From: Acaryochloris marina MBIC11017
GTDB taxonomy: Bacteria > Cyanobacteriota > Cyanobacteriia > Thermosynechococcales > Thermosynechococcaceae
DNA: 32,000 nucleotides
Reading direction: 5' to 3'
NCBI RefSeq assembly: GCF_000018105.1
Contig: NC_009925.1
Location: 450,001-482,000, forward strand
Part shown: piece by piece, positions 17,423 through 27,083 of the stretch
Layout: the number at the start of each line of letters is the position of its first letter
How positions within the stretch are numbered: position 1 is the stretch's first letter
Made by a program: the position numbers and the translations under genes
The notes under the pieces: generated by a model
Told to the model about the DNA's origin: nothing
Databases searched by the model: none
Seen by the model: the letters and a program-made list of their open reading frames with translations, nothing else

Positions 17423-18888
17423 GCTCAATCAAACAGCTAGCTTAGCTTTGAGAGCAGAGCGAGGTTGTCGCATTCGCGGGAAAGATTTGGGTCTGCGTTT
17501 GACGACTCTCGGTTCGTGCCGATTCGGTCGAGAGGGTAATAGATCGGCTGCCATGGTCTCAAGTAGATGAGTAAACAACCGCTTTCTGGTCGCACGGTTG
17601 GCTGTCGCCAACAAAGCAAGCATCTGATTGAAGTGTTGTCGTGCTCCTTGCACAGACAGTTGAGTTCTAGCATTATCTGCTAGCGGTGCCGCAAGTTCCA
17701 TGAGACTTCTGAGTAGGTTATAGCCCAACAAATGTACCCAAATGTCCTTGCGCACCATATCCGGAGTTTTGGCACTGAGCATCTCCATTTTTAAGGTGGT
17801 TTTGAGATGGCGCAGATTGACTTCCGCCACTGGCCAACGCCAGCCATACAAGCGAGTCAGTTGCCCAGCGCTGTAGCGTTGAGCATCCAGCAGCGTCGTC
17901 ACCACAATAATGTGCTGGTCGCGAAAGCCCTTAAGGGATAAGCGCAAACACACCTCTCTAACGACCAATGTTTGAGGAATCAGGGCAAAATCTTGCTCAC
18001 TCATGTGCTCAGGCCGTTGGGCTGGCTTATGCCATGTCACCTGATGATCACCAATGCCATGCTTGTTGCCTTTGCGGAAATCAGTCTTGCGAGCATGATG
18101 TTTACGCAACACTCCATCAGCCCTGTGTTGTTGAATGATGGCTAGATCAACATAGCTGCCATAAGCTTGGTCCGCCATGACCACATCACCGACCTCAAGG
18201 TCTTGATAGAGCAAACGACTCATGACAATTTCACTGGTGTCCCAGGAGGCAATACAAGCTGACGCCACTGCACCGGTAACCAAGCAGAAGAACACTACCA
18301 AGCGAGCGATGGGAAAACCACAGCCTGCTGTTTGATTGCCATGTTGTGGATATGATGCTTGGTTGGCCGCACTATCAGCCATCAACACGGTGGTTCCGTC
18401 GTAGACCTTGACGGGCCGACCACACCAGAGGTGCTCTGGGGAGAGGGGTTGCGCTAAGCACTCAGCGCTTTCGGGAATTAAACGTTGCAACAGTGACTCT
18501 GGAAAGCGACTTCTGGCTTTGCTGTAGGCTCCGGTATCAGATGAGGGCGGTTGGATGCCAGCCGCTGTGAGCCAAGTCGTGATGCATTTGACTGTGTTAC
18601 GAAGGCTTTTATCGGCTGATAGCACTTGGTAAAGCATGGCCCACAGCGTAACGATGGGGCTATATATCCGGTTGCGATAGGAGAATGCTTCTTCTTTCAG
18701 GAGTTCCTCTAACCTTGAGGCTAGAAGGATATCTGTCCACGGTAAACCCAGGCTTTGGGAAAATTGCTGCTTGAGAATTTCGGCTGACTCAGACATAGTG
18801 AAAGGCAGAAGTTTATGGCGTGCAAGTCTTGATCCTATATCTATCAAGACTTGTAGCCTTTTCCTGACTTCTTAAGTCAGTGCCATTG
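17406..18888 (-). mobile_element. IS4-family element (1483 bp) nested in the IS701-like element
   Basis: Perfect 18-bp inverted repeats are caatggcactgacttaag (17406-17423) and cttaagtcagtgccattg (18871-18888). They are flanked by the 11-bp target duplication actgttgggat (17395-17405 and 18889-18899). Confidence 0.9.
17429..18796 (-). CDS. IS4-family DDE transposase
   Basis: A ~455-aa protein with IS4 signatures (VYDGTTV, VMADQAYGSY, YGWRWPVAEVNLRHLK). I prefer the start at MSESAEIL (18796) over the track start at 18847. Confidence 0.85.
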   Translation of the reverse strand: MSESAEILKQQFSQSLGLPWTDILLASRLEELLKEEAFSYRNRIYSPIVTLWAMLYQVLSADKSLRNTVKCITTWLTAAGIQPPSSDTGAYSKARSRFPESLLQRLIPESAECLAQPLSPEHLWCGRPVKVYDGTTVLMADSAANQASYPQHGNQTAGCGFPIARLVVFFCLVTGAVASACIASWDTSEIVMSRLLYQDLEVGDVVMADQAYGSYVDLAIIQQHRADGVLRKHHARKTDFRKGNKHGIGDHQVTWHKPAQRPEHMSEQDFALIPQTLVVREVCLRLSLKGFRDQHIIVVTTLLDAQRYSAGQLTRLYGWRWPVAEVNLRHLKTTLKMEMLSAKTPDMVRKDIWVHLLGYNLLRSLMELAAPLADNARTQLSVQGARQHFNQMLALLATANRATRKRLFTHLLETMAADLLPSRPNRHEPRVVKRRPKSFPRMRQPRSALKAKLAV

Positions 18889-18962
18889 ACTGTTGGGATA
18901 GCTCTCTTGAACATTGGGTGTAATTTCTGTCAATGCGTTTGTCCTGGGTCTGTTCTGATGTA

Positions 18963-19906
18963 TAGCCCTACGAAACTATGTTAGTACTATTGATATAGAA
19001 GATATCCCTACATTAGTATGCCAGCACCCTATAGTTATGACCTTCGTCGTAAAGCCGTTGATGCCTTCAAGAATGGTGAACGGAAAGTCGATATCTGTCG
19101 AATGTTGAACATCAGCCGTAATACCTTGCATCTATGGATAGTCCGCGAAGAAGCTACAGGTGACTGTCAGGCGATTACCAACTACCAACAAGGGGCTCGC
19201 CACAAGATCACAGATTGGGAGCGCTTTCGTGAATTTGCTCAAGAGCATGGGGGTAAAACCCAGGCCCAAATGGCTAAGCTATGGGGGGATAATGTCACCC
19301 AGCAAAATATCAGTGATGCCTTGAGAAAACTGGGATTGAGTCGAAAAAAAAGACCTATGGCTATCGAGAACGAGATGAAACACAACGTCAAGCATTTATA
19401 GAACGATTACAGACCAAACACCCTCATCAGATCGTCTATGTAGACGAAGCGGGTATCGATAATCGAGCGGACTATCCTTATGGATACTGCCCTGTGGGTC
19501 AACGATTTTATGACCTCAAATCAGGCAAGCGGACAGAGCGAGTCAGTTTTATTGCTGCGCTCAAAGAAGGCCAGTTATTTTCTCCCATGACCTTTGAAGG
19601 GTCTTGCAATCGGTTGTTATTCGAAGCGTGGTTACAGCAGAGTCTTATATCCCAGTTACAACTTGGCGATGTGATTGTGATTGATAATGCCAGTTTTCAT
19701 CATGGCCAGAGGATCGAAGAAATCGTAGCTGAAGCAGGCTGTGAGATTTGGTATCTACCGAGCTATTCTCCAGATCTCAATAAAATCGAGCGATGGTGGT
19801 TTGTGCTCAAAAACTGGATGAAGCAGCGGTGGGATGAATTTGATACCTTTCGTGATTGTGTGGATGCTGCTTTCAAAGAGCGTACTAACATATATCCGTA
19901 GTGCTA
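18963..19906 (+). mobile_element. ISY100-like IS630/Tc1-mariner family element, copy A (944 bp)
   Basis: Imperfect ~25-bp terminal inverted repeats (tagccctacgaaactatgttagtac / gtactaacatatatccgtagtgcta) are flanked by TA on both sides (18961-18962 and 19907-19908). Size and TA target match what is known for ISY100 of Synechocystis. Confidence 0.9.
19018..19901 (+). CDS. IS630-family transposase, two overlapping frames joined by a -1 shift at an A8 run
   Basis: orfA (19018-19401) encodes the HTH part. The DDE part (...IVYVDEAGID..., VIDNASFHH, LPSYSPDLNKIERWW) is in the -1 frame. The frames meet at A8 (19344-19351), giving ...LSRKKKTYGYRERDE.... The same arrangement is found in copy B. Confidence 0.85.
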
Positions 19907-20592
19907 TATAAGCATGTAGCCCTTGTCGTCGACTCAAAAACCCCAGAACATTCAAGCGTTTACTTGAACGAGTCGGTATTTCCAGATACGTCCCTATGGG
20001 TTGCCATCCATAGGGAATACAGGGGACTAACGAAAAACCACTCTCATCCATAAAGAATAGATGGATGTCTCCCTTCTCTTCCTGTTCCTTGAGATGTTCT
20101 AACTGCTGTTTTTTTCGAGGTAGTGGGCATATAAAGGCTGGCCTGATGTCCCTTGGCGAAAGCGATGCCAGCTCATGTCCATCTGCTTCAAGACGCGTTT
20201 AACTGTGGCCTTTGACACGCGTACTGACCACTGTTGTTCAATCTGAGCTAACACCTGATTGAGTTGGATGGGAGATGCCTGAGTCCACTCATAAATCTGC
20301 TGTTGTTGGTCGGGATTAAACATCGGTTTTCGACCTCGACCTGGGTGATTATAGAGTCCTGCAAATCCTCGGTTGTTCCAAGCCTTAAGCCAGTTGTAAA
20401 CCGTTTTAGGACTCACACTAAAAAGGGAGGCTAAGGTGTAGGGGGGCCAACCCTGGGCGAACAAAATGAGGCAATGGGCGCGTTGTCTGACCTGATGATG
20501 GCGACTACTGTGATAAATCCGATGCAATAAGCGTAAGCTTTCGGTGGAGATAGGACGGACTAATGACATCAAATCAATGGATGTAAAAGGTC

Positions 20593-21487
20593 GTGCATCA
20601 AAAAAGTGTGGGTTTGTTAAACCTATAGGGAGTTGAGTTTTCCTATCTTCTGATTCAATGCCCTCTATGTGGTCATCCAAAGACCCACAAGCACGGTAAA
20701 ACCAGTAAAGGCAGCCAACGTTACCGTTGCCCCCACTGCCAGCAAACCTTCAGTGCAACCCTTGATACCCTCTATTATCGCCGTCAGATTTCTTCTGAAA
20801 CGATTCAGACCATCCTTCAATCTCATGCTGAAGGCAGTAGTCTGAGGGGCCTATCTCGCATCACGGGTGTGGCCTTTAACACCTGTGTGAGTGTGATTCG
20901 TTCAGCGAGCCATAAAGCCCAAATGATTCACAACCAAGACGTTCAGGCCGTTTCGACTGACGTCATCAATGCGGATGAGTTATGGTCTTTTGTTAAAAAA
21001 AGCAAAAGCACTGTGAACCGGAAGAGTTGAGCGTCGGCGATTGCTGGATAGCGTTGAGTCTCGCCAAAGACAGTGGCTTGGTGCTCGGTGGACGGATTGG
21101 TAAACATACCGACGAGCTCGCTCAAGAATTGATGGAGAATACTGAAGGCAAAACCGCCTGTCACCATTGGCAAACTGATGGCTGGGAAGGGTATTCACGA
21201 CAATTACCCAATGAGACGATCCATCACGTGAGTAAAGCCCTGACGCAGCGCTTAGAGCGGACCAATGGCATATTACGTCAACAGGCCGGGCGCTGGCATC
21301 GACGGCAGAACAAATTTGGCAAAGTCTGGCAACAGAGGGCAGTGACGTTAAGACTGGTGCTGACCTATTTCAACTGGATCTGGTGCCACTCTCGATTCAA
21401 AAATACGGCTGCCCAACGTGCTGGACTAGCGGAGCATCCCTGGCAATGGCAAGACTTAGTCAACTATCCCACACTTTATTGACGCAC
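20593..21487 (+). mobile_element. IS1-family element (ends good to about 4 nt), with no target-site duplication
   Basis: The inverted repeats are gtgcatcaaaaaagtgtgggtttgtta (left) and the reverse complement of tcaactatcccacactttattgacgcac (right). The flanking 9-mers (taaaaggtc / aatcgatta) do not match. Confidence 0.7.
20650..21482 (+). CDS. IS1-family transposase (InsA zinc-finger part plus InsB part, -1 shift at an A7 run)
   Basis: The first frame has CPLCGHP...YRCPHCQQTF and DELWSFVKK. The -1 frame (track ORF 21027-21482) has the InsB-like region (...GKHTDELA..., WQTDGWEGY, ERTNGILRQ). The frames meet at A7 (20995-21001). There is no canonical ATG in front of the zinc finger, so the start is uncertain. 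Confidence 0.7.
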
Positions 21488-21831
21488 AATCGATTAATTG
21501 GGGTATAGCGCAAAGGCAATCGGAAGACCGTTTCTTCCCAAAGCGGAGCAAGTATCACCGCAAACAAAATAATTTGCCAGAAAGATACGGTTTGAGCGAA
21601 CTCTAAGACTTTGTTACTCGATTCAAGATTCTCTGCCAATCTGGAACTCAACACACCGAGGGGTAAAACCATTACCAAAGCCAATGCGTAGAGCCTGAGA
21701 ACATCAACTATGCCGTGATGCTCCGTGGCCACATTCACCGTATAGCGAGGATGTCTTAAAAACTTGAGAAAACGACCCAACAGGCTTTGAGATACATTTG
21801 ACGGCTGAGAGGACGATGTGTGATAAATCAT
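21488..21831 (-). pseudogene. CPBP (CAAX/Abi) intramembrane protease paralog, N-terminal ~112 codons only, truncated by IS1
   Basis: It is colinear with the N-terminus of the 302-aa gene at 28186-29094 (LLGRF.KFLR.P.YTVNV......DVLRLYALALV.VLPL...EE..FRLPLRYTPIN). Homology stops at ...RYTPIN, where the IS1 right end begins. Confidence 0.8.
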
Positions 21832-21874
21832 AATTTGAAGTGAACCCCTATATTCGGACAGGGCAATAGATGAA

Positions 21875-22540
21875 TTAAGCGCTATCCTCCTTATTCATAC
21901 AATAGTGATTGTTCTGTTGTCTCCACTGCTGCTCATATTCACAGGGTGTCAAATACCCCAGTGATGAATGAATCCGCTTATGCATATACACATCTTCTAG
22001 AAACTGCTCAATGTGCTCATACGCTTCAGTAAAATTTCGATAGTCTGATAAATCGACCTCTTCTTCTTTTATCGTTCTCATCAATCGCTCAGCATAGCCA
22101 TTTTGCCAAGCCTGTCCCACCTCGGCCATACTGATTTGCACTTGGTGTTGTTGGAGCAATTGCATATAGGCTGCAGCGGCATACTGAACCCCTTGGTCAG
22201 AATGGTGAATCTCAGGCGTTGCCCGCTCCAACGCCTTGTTCAACGCCCTCAACGTTAGTTGCTGGTCGATATGGCGGGACAGATGCCAGCCACGAATGGC
22301 GCGAGTAAAGACATCCATCACGACGGCCAAATAGACAAACTCCTGCTGTAAGCGAATGTACGTGATGTCCGCCACCCACACCTGCTCAGGATGGTCGATG
22401 GAGAGATTCAACACTCGATTGCCATAGCGAGGGAACGAATGTTCGCTATTGGTGGTGCGTTTGCGTTTGACTTTGGTCTTGGCCATAATCCCTATCTGTC
22501 GCATTAGTCGAGCCACGCGTTTATGGTTAACGCAATACCC
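21875..22540 (-). pseudogene. IS3-family transposase OrfB (rve integrase core), interrupted; the N-terminal part continues at 24035 to about 24200
   Basis: It has DDE/rve motifs (WVADITYI, HHSDQGVQY, NGYAERLMRTIKEE). Across the nested insertion the frame rejoins as ...RRITAQLQRQGY|CVNHKRVARLMRQ.... Confidence 0.8.
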
Positions 22541-24028
22541 CTTGAGTTTGGACTAAAGCAAACGAGAAAAGCAGTCAATGAAGTACACCGACTGCTTTAA
22601 GGTCAATGAATCATCACACTCATTGCCCTTATGATTTTCGACCATCTGCGTCAATTCCGCCAAACTCTGTATAGCTGCTTTGGCGCCAGTAAAGACGCGT
22701 TATTTGAGCTAATGGATGCGGTATTGATGAGTCCGAGCCTGCGTTCATTTGTGTGTTTGTCTCAACATCCTATCTTCCGTCGTCAATGGTCGAGTACCTA
22801 TTCAGCCCTGCATGATGGTCGTATCCATCGTGCCAAACTTCACCGATATTTAGTTCGACAAGTTTCCACTCAAGACCAGCCGCTCTTCGTGGGAGATAGT
22901 AGTCCTTGGCTGCGTCCCGAGGCCAAGACCCTCAAAGACAGAGGTTTTCATCATCAAGGGGGACATACTGTCGGGGTAGGCCAAAGTTATAGCACCCTTT
23001 CTTGGGTCCCAGACGAAAGTCAGCATTGGGCACTGCCCCTACGCCATGAACGAATCACGAGCTTTGAGACCGCTTTGACCAAAGCCACGTTTCAATTAAA
23101 GCAAGTCTGTCGTCATTTGCCGGTGCGTCCTCTAGCCGCGTTTGACCGTCACTACGGTAATGGCATCTTTCTCAATCACACTGCAGGGATTGAAGTCGAC
23201 CTGTTATTGCGCTTAGCATCCAATCGCTGTGTCTATGGTATTCCCCTCGCCTATTCAGGACGAGGGGCTCCTCGTAAGCATGGACATAAGTTCAAATTGA
23301 ATGCCCCTAATACATATCCAGAAGCCAGCGAAATATTGGAGATAGAAGACACCCAACTTGGACAGGTCAGAGTAACTCGCTGGAGCCAATTCCATTTCCG
23401 TAATTCGGCCAAACGAGAAATGGAAATTTTGCGCGTTGAGATCATCCAACCGAAAGGTAAACGACGAAAGTTTAAGCCGCTTTGGCTGGCCTGGACTGGA
23501 GAATGCATGCCAAGTCTGGAGCGATTATGGCGAAGATATCTGCAGCGCTTTAGCATTGAGCATTGGTATCGATTTGCCAAACAACGGCTCTATTGGACGA
23601 CCCCTCAACTCACGTCCAATGAAGCGACAGAGCGATGGAGTACTTTGATTGGGATGATATCTTGGCAATTGTGGTTTGCTCGGTCAGACTGTATGGATAC
23701 GCCTTTACCCTGGCAGTCTCCTCAACAAGTTCTATCACCAGGACGCGTCGCTCAAGCATTCCCAAGTATTATTGCGGCGATTGGAACACCTACTCAAGCA
23801 CCAAAAACTCGCGGTAAATCACCCGGACGCAAGCAAGGCCAATCTCAACCACCAAGAACTCGATATCCAACGGTCAAAAAACGAGTCTCCAAACGCAGGA
23901 AAGCAAAGATTGTCTCAAAAACCGCTGCTTAACTGCTGAGTTAATACCAGAAAAACTTATGCTCAGGCTTTCAAGGGCCATGGGATATTTTACTCTGTCT
24001 GGAGATTTAAACTTAGTCCAAACTCAAG
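22541..24028 (+). mobile_element. IS701-like / IS4-superfamily element (1488 bp), copy 1, nested in the IS3 element
   Basis: The inverted repeats are cttgagtttggactaa (22541-22556) and ttagtccaaactcaag (24013-24028). The 6-bp target duplication ataccc flanks it (22535-22540 and 24029-24034). A second copy starts at 31736. Confidence 0.88.
22631..23932 (+). CDS. DDE transposase (IS701-like)
   Basis: A 433-aa protein with candidate catalytic contexts FVGDSSPW, AFDRHYGNG and FSIEHWYRFAKQRL, plus a basic C-terminal tail. The family assignment is by motif resemblance only. Confidence 0.75.
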   Translation: MIFDHLRQFRQTLYSCFGASKDALFELMDAVLMSPSLRSFVCLSQHPIFRRQWSSTYSALHDGRIHRAKLHRYLVRQVSTQDQPLFVGDSSPWLRPEAKTLKDRGFHHQGGHTVGVGQSYSTLSWVPDESQHWALPLRHERITSFETALTKATFQLKQVCRHLPVRPLAAFDRHYGNGIFLNHTAGIEVDLLLRLASNRCVYGIPLAYSGRGAPRKHGHKFKLNAPNTYPEASEILEIEDTQLGQVRVTRWSQFHFRNSAKREMEILRVEIIQPKGKRRKFKPLWLAWTGECMPSLERLWRRYLQRFSIEHWYRFAKQRLYWTTPQLTSNEATERWSTLIGMISWQLWFARSDCMDTPLPWQSPQQVLSPGRVAQAFPSIIAAIGTPTQAPKTRGKSPGRKQGQSQPPRTRYPTVKKRVSKRRKAKIVSKTAA

Positions 24029-24371
24029 ATACCCCTGACGCTGCAGTTGGGCGGTGATTCGACGATAGCCATAAGTCGGATAGGCTCCAGCAACTCCAGC
24101 AATGGCCGCTTTTAGTTCGCTCTCATCCGGTTGGCCTCTGGCATGGTAATACACTTGAGAGCGTGGGTAATTGAGTACCTGACAAATTTGGGCTATTGGA
24201 TGTCAACCCCATAGGCGATGTCGCGACAACCACAAGGCGGATCAACCCCCAAATTTGGACCGTATTATTTGGCGTACACTCCCTTTGCGTTAGCTCTTTT
24301 TCAGACCTCATACGATACCTTCAGAACAAAACGACAACCCGTGATCGAAATGACAACCAGTGATCGCTCGA

Positions 24372-25190
24372 TTATTTGGACTGGGATTTTTGAGGTGGAG
24401 ACTGAGTTTGAGCCGTTCTCTGAGTCGCTGATTTGCGCCGATAACTATCGGCTTGAATTTTGATAATCAAGCCATGATGAATTAAGCGATCAATGGCAGC
24501 CACCGCCATCATCGAATCAGTGAAAATGTCATCCCATTGGCTGAAGGGTTGATTCGCTGTAATCAACAAACTTTTTCGTTCATAGCGATGCGCAATTAAT
24601 TCAAACAGAACGGACGTTTCCGCTTCCGACTTTTTGCAATAGCCCAAGTCATCCAAGACCAACAGATCATAGCGGTCCAGTTTTTTGAGCATTGGATGCA
24701 GCTGCAGTTGGAGCTTCGCCTGTTGCAAGTGTTGAACCAATGCGTTGGCTGCAAAGAACTTCACCCGCTTACCGAATTCCAGCATCTTTTTGGACACTCC
24801 AGTGGCCAGATGTGTTTTTCCAACGCCCGAGGGTCCCAAAATAAGGCAGTTCTCGGCGCGCTCCAACCAACCCGGATCTGCGGCTAATTGCATCAAGGGA
24901 GCAGGATTGAGCTGGGGACAATGGCTAAAGTCAAAGTTGGTAAAACTTTTTGCGTTTGGGAGCCTGGCTTCGGTGAGAGCACGTTTTAGCCGAGCTTGTT
25001 CTCTTCTTTGGGCCTTCGTTTCGCACAAGGCTAGTAAGAATTCCGCATAAGACCAGTTTTCCTGCATAGCTTGGGATTCGATAGATTCCCAATGGGTCAA
25101 CATGTGGGAGAGCCTGAGCTTTTTTAGATAGAGGCTCAGGTGCTGGTAGGGGCTCAGCGGGGACTGAGCAGGAGGGGAGGAGTTTGTCAT
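24372..25190 (-). CDS. istB: IS21-family helper ATPase IstB
   Basis: It has Walker A GPSGVGKTHLA, Walker B LLVLDDLGY, and an IstB-type N-terminus (LKKLRLSHML...WSYAEFL). I prefer the start at MTNSSPP (25190). Confidence 0.9.
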   Translation of the reverse strand: MTNSSPPAQSPLSPYQHLSLYLKKLRLSHMLTHWESIESQAMQENWSYAEFLLALCETKAQRREQARLKRALTEARLPNAKSFTNFDFSHCPQLNPAPLMQLAADPGWLERAENCLILGPSGVGKTHLATGVSKKMLEFGKRVKFFAANALVQHLQQAKLQLQLHPMLKKLDRYDLLVLDDLGYCKKSEAETSVLFELIAHRYERKSLLITANQPFSQWDDIFTDSMMAVAAIDRLIHHGLIIKIQADSYRRKSATQRTAQTQSPPQKSQSK

Positions 25191-26667
25191 AAAGTTCAAG
25201 TGAATGTTGTTCAATGCTGAGGTCAGGAACCTGCTTCATCTGAGGCGGCTCAAACTGTTTTTTCAGGCGATTGAGGGTGAGACTGGATGCCTGGAGTTGC
25301 TGCTGTAAGTACACTGCTACGGCCTGTTCTTTATCTTGAACCGCAGCAATATACAGGGCTTCCACGATGATCTTGGCAGCCTGCTCCAGGTCAAATTGGG
25401 CTTTGAGCTGTTCCCAGATTTGGCGGTATTCAGGATTGGGAAGTAGGTCTGATTGCCAGGTGCAATAGATAAAAGCACGAGGCTTCAATCGCATTGAACC
25501 AATGACATGGCGATAGTTGATGCAACGGTCGCGACGTTTGCCTTTGCCACTGACACGCTTCCTCGGCAATTCCACGACTGGATGTCGCTCCAGATAGCCG
25601 ACAATCCGGTCGTGGTAGAGATGCAGTTCCAATTGACGACCAATCAGTCGAGAAGGGACGGTGTATAGAATGCAGCGAACATCGATGGTGCTGCGTTTGC
25701 TGACTTTAGCGGTGAGCACTTCATAGTCAGGGGTTCGATATTTGGGCAAGGGTTGTAGATGGTCTTTCTCTTGCTCATACTTGGTTTGGCACTGCTGATT
25801 CAACTTGGCGACCTGTGCATCAATTAAGGCTTGATACTCAGCAACGCTCGTAAAATCTGCACTGCCGCGCAGATAGATCGCCTGCTTAATTCGGTTTTTG
25901 AGATGGCCATGGGGAGACTCGATGGAGCCGTTCTCATGGGCAATACCTTTGTTGTTACGAGTGGGTTCTAGCCGATAGTGGTCACACAGTTCGTCGTACA
26001 AACGCGTGAGGTTTTTGGACCGGCGGCCGCCCATGTTGCGATAGGCTGCACTCAAACTATCAGTACGATGCTGTTGGGGGACACCTCCACAGGCTGCAAA
26101 GGCATTTTGCAATCCTTCTGAGAGGGCAACAAAGCTTTCGCCTCCTTGGATGATCTGGGCATATCGCCAGCCGCTGTATCCCAGACGGTAATGGTATATC
26201 AGGTGCTCAAAGGGTTGACCGGCAATGGTAATCGTGATGCCTTTGAGTTCTGTAAAACCGGAGAACCCTTGTACCCCGGGTTCATGACGCAATTCAAACA
26301 TCACTTCGGGGCTCGGGCCATGCAAGGCTTTCCACGTTCTCACCCGACGTTGCAAGGTCCGCAGGACTTGGGGATACTGGCCTGGATACTTATCCTGCAG
26401 ATACTCATACAGAGTCATGGGTTTGAGACGCGGGTCTCGACGCAGCATTGGTTCTAGCTCGTCTTCCCACACATCAGCTAAGGGGTCGGGAACGGTGCGT
26501 TGGTCCTGAAGGCGGCCGCGATTAGGTTGATGGGTGCCGGCCTCAATTCGTTGTCCGGTTCTTGTAGATATTTCGGCAATGTAAGCTGCTTCAGCTTGTT
26601 TCAAGCCGAGGTCTCTTCCGTTCATATAAACACGAGTATGATAGGAATCAATTCTTTTGTTAGGCAC
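24931..26667 (-). CDS. istA: IS21-family transposase IstA (ORF runs about 260 nt into istB in another frame)
   Basis: It has an N-terminal HTH and an rve-type DDE core (...HRTDSLSAAYRN..., NNKGIAHENGSIESPHGHLK). The last ~86 codons overlap istB and are low-complexity and basic, which suggests a lost or displaced stop. Confidence 0.85.
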   Translation of the reverse strand: MPNKRIDSYHTRVYMNGRDLGLKQAEAAYIAEISTRTGQRIEAGTHQPNRGRLQDQRTVPDPLADVWEDELEPMLRRDPRLKPMTLYEYLQDKYPGQYPQVLRTLQRRVRTWKALHGPSPEVMFELRHEPGVQGFSGFTELKGITITIAGQPFEHLIYHYRLGYSGWRYAQIIQGGESFVALSEGLQNAFAACGGVPQQHRTDSLSAAYRNMGGRRSKNLTRLYDELCDHYRLEPTRNNKGIAHENGSIESPHGHLKNRIKQAIYLRGSADFTSVAEYQALIDAQVAKLNQQCQTKYEQEKDHLQPLPKYRTPDYEVLTAKVSKRSTIDVRCILYTVPSRLIGRQLELHLYHDRIVGYLERHPVVELPRKRVSGKGKRRDRCINYRHVIGSMRLKPRAFIYCTWQSDLLPNPEYRQIWEQLKAQFDLEQAAKIIVEALYIAAVQDKEQAVAVYLQQQLQASSLTLNRLKKQFEPPQMKQVPDLSIEQHSLELYDKLLPSCSVPAEPLPAPEPLSKKAQALPHVDPLGIYRIPSYAGKLVLCGILTSLVRNEGPKKRTSSAKTCSHRSQAPKRKKFYQL

Positions 26668-27083
26668 TTGTACAGCCCTCTATTGATTAGGGATGTAAAA
26701 AGTGTCTTTTTTCTTGAGATTGAATTCTAGAAACGCGATCTCACACATCATTTCTAGGGAATTGAGATCTAGTTTTATCCTTCTCAGGGGATGCCTGGTT
26801 TCTTCATAGCTATAGCCGACGTGACATCGTCATTGATCCGTCAGCTCGATTGTCGTCTAATAAGCTTTGAACTCAGCACTATATTGACGACGTTTTGATG
26901 ACATTAATTTCCCTCATTCGGTACAAGATTACGATGCTTAAGGACTTGTCCGAATCTTGGGGGTCACTTCAATTTTAATCCGCATTAATCGCCAGGCAAG
27001 ACACTACCCAGCACTCATAGGAAAATGTTCTAAACCACTGCCTTGGAGATTTGGCCAATGGCAACAGCCGTAATGAAGACGTA

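Larger units (their letters stand above)
16313..18946 (+). mobile_element. IS701-like (IS4 superfamily) element, about 1140 bp once the nested IS4 is removed
   Basis: Terminal inverted repeats are caggactaacgcattgac (16313-16330) and gtcaatgcgtttgtcctg (18929-18946), matching at 17 of 18 positions. They are flanked by the 5-bp direct repeat ggtct (16308-16312 and 18947-18951). Confidence 0.8.
15987..20592 (-). mobile_element. IS630-family element X, split into three pieces by two later insertions
   Basis: The pieces are 15987-16312 (C-terminal DDE part, ...VVDQAPIHTS...LPSYSPHLNLIERLW...), 18952-18960, and 19909-20592 (N-terminal HTH part plus DESGFSL...). Removing the nested elements and one copy of each target duplication restores a continuous reading frame (...GLHAYTSEQTITSEVVSHCIDTFFADVELPTVIVVDQAPIH...). 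The N-terminal ORF and the DDE ORF are offset at an A7 run (minus strand, 20109-20115). The 5' end is probably truncated by the IS1 element. Confidence 0.65.
24320..26755 (-). mobile_element. IS21-family element nested in the IS3 element (boundaries approximate, within tens of nt)
   Basis: It contains an istA-istB pair. Repeated gacaacc[c/a]gtgatcg motifs at 24333-24368 and related gagatcgc / agatctc motifs near 26733-26775 resemble the multiple terminal repeats of IS21-type elements. I could not identify a target duplication. Its size is inferred from the remaining IS3 length. Confidence 0.55.
21836..26971 (-). mobile_element. IS3-family element (about 1.24 kb of its own sequence) carrying two nested IS insertions
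   Basis: It has TG...CA termini with ~25-bp inverted repeats: tgaagtgaacccctatattcggaca (21836-) and tgtccgaatcttgggggtcacttca (-26971). The 3-bp direct repeat att flanks it (21833-21835 and 26972-26974). In my translation the orfA region (start about 26905) contains in-frame stops. Confidence 0.8.

Noticed and set aside
24123-24463. Track ORFs 24123-24311 (-) and 24218-24463 (+).
   Set aside because: They lie in the remnant of the IS3 orfA/orfB junction and across the IS21 end. They have no independent coding signal.
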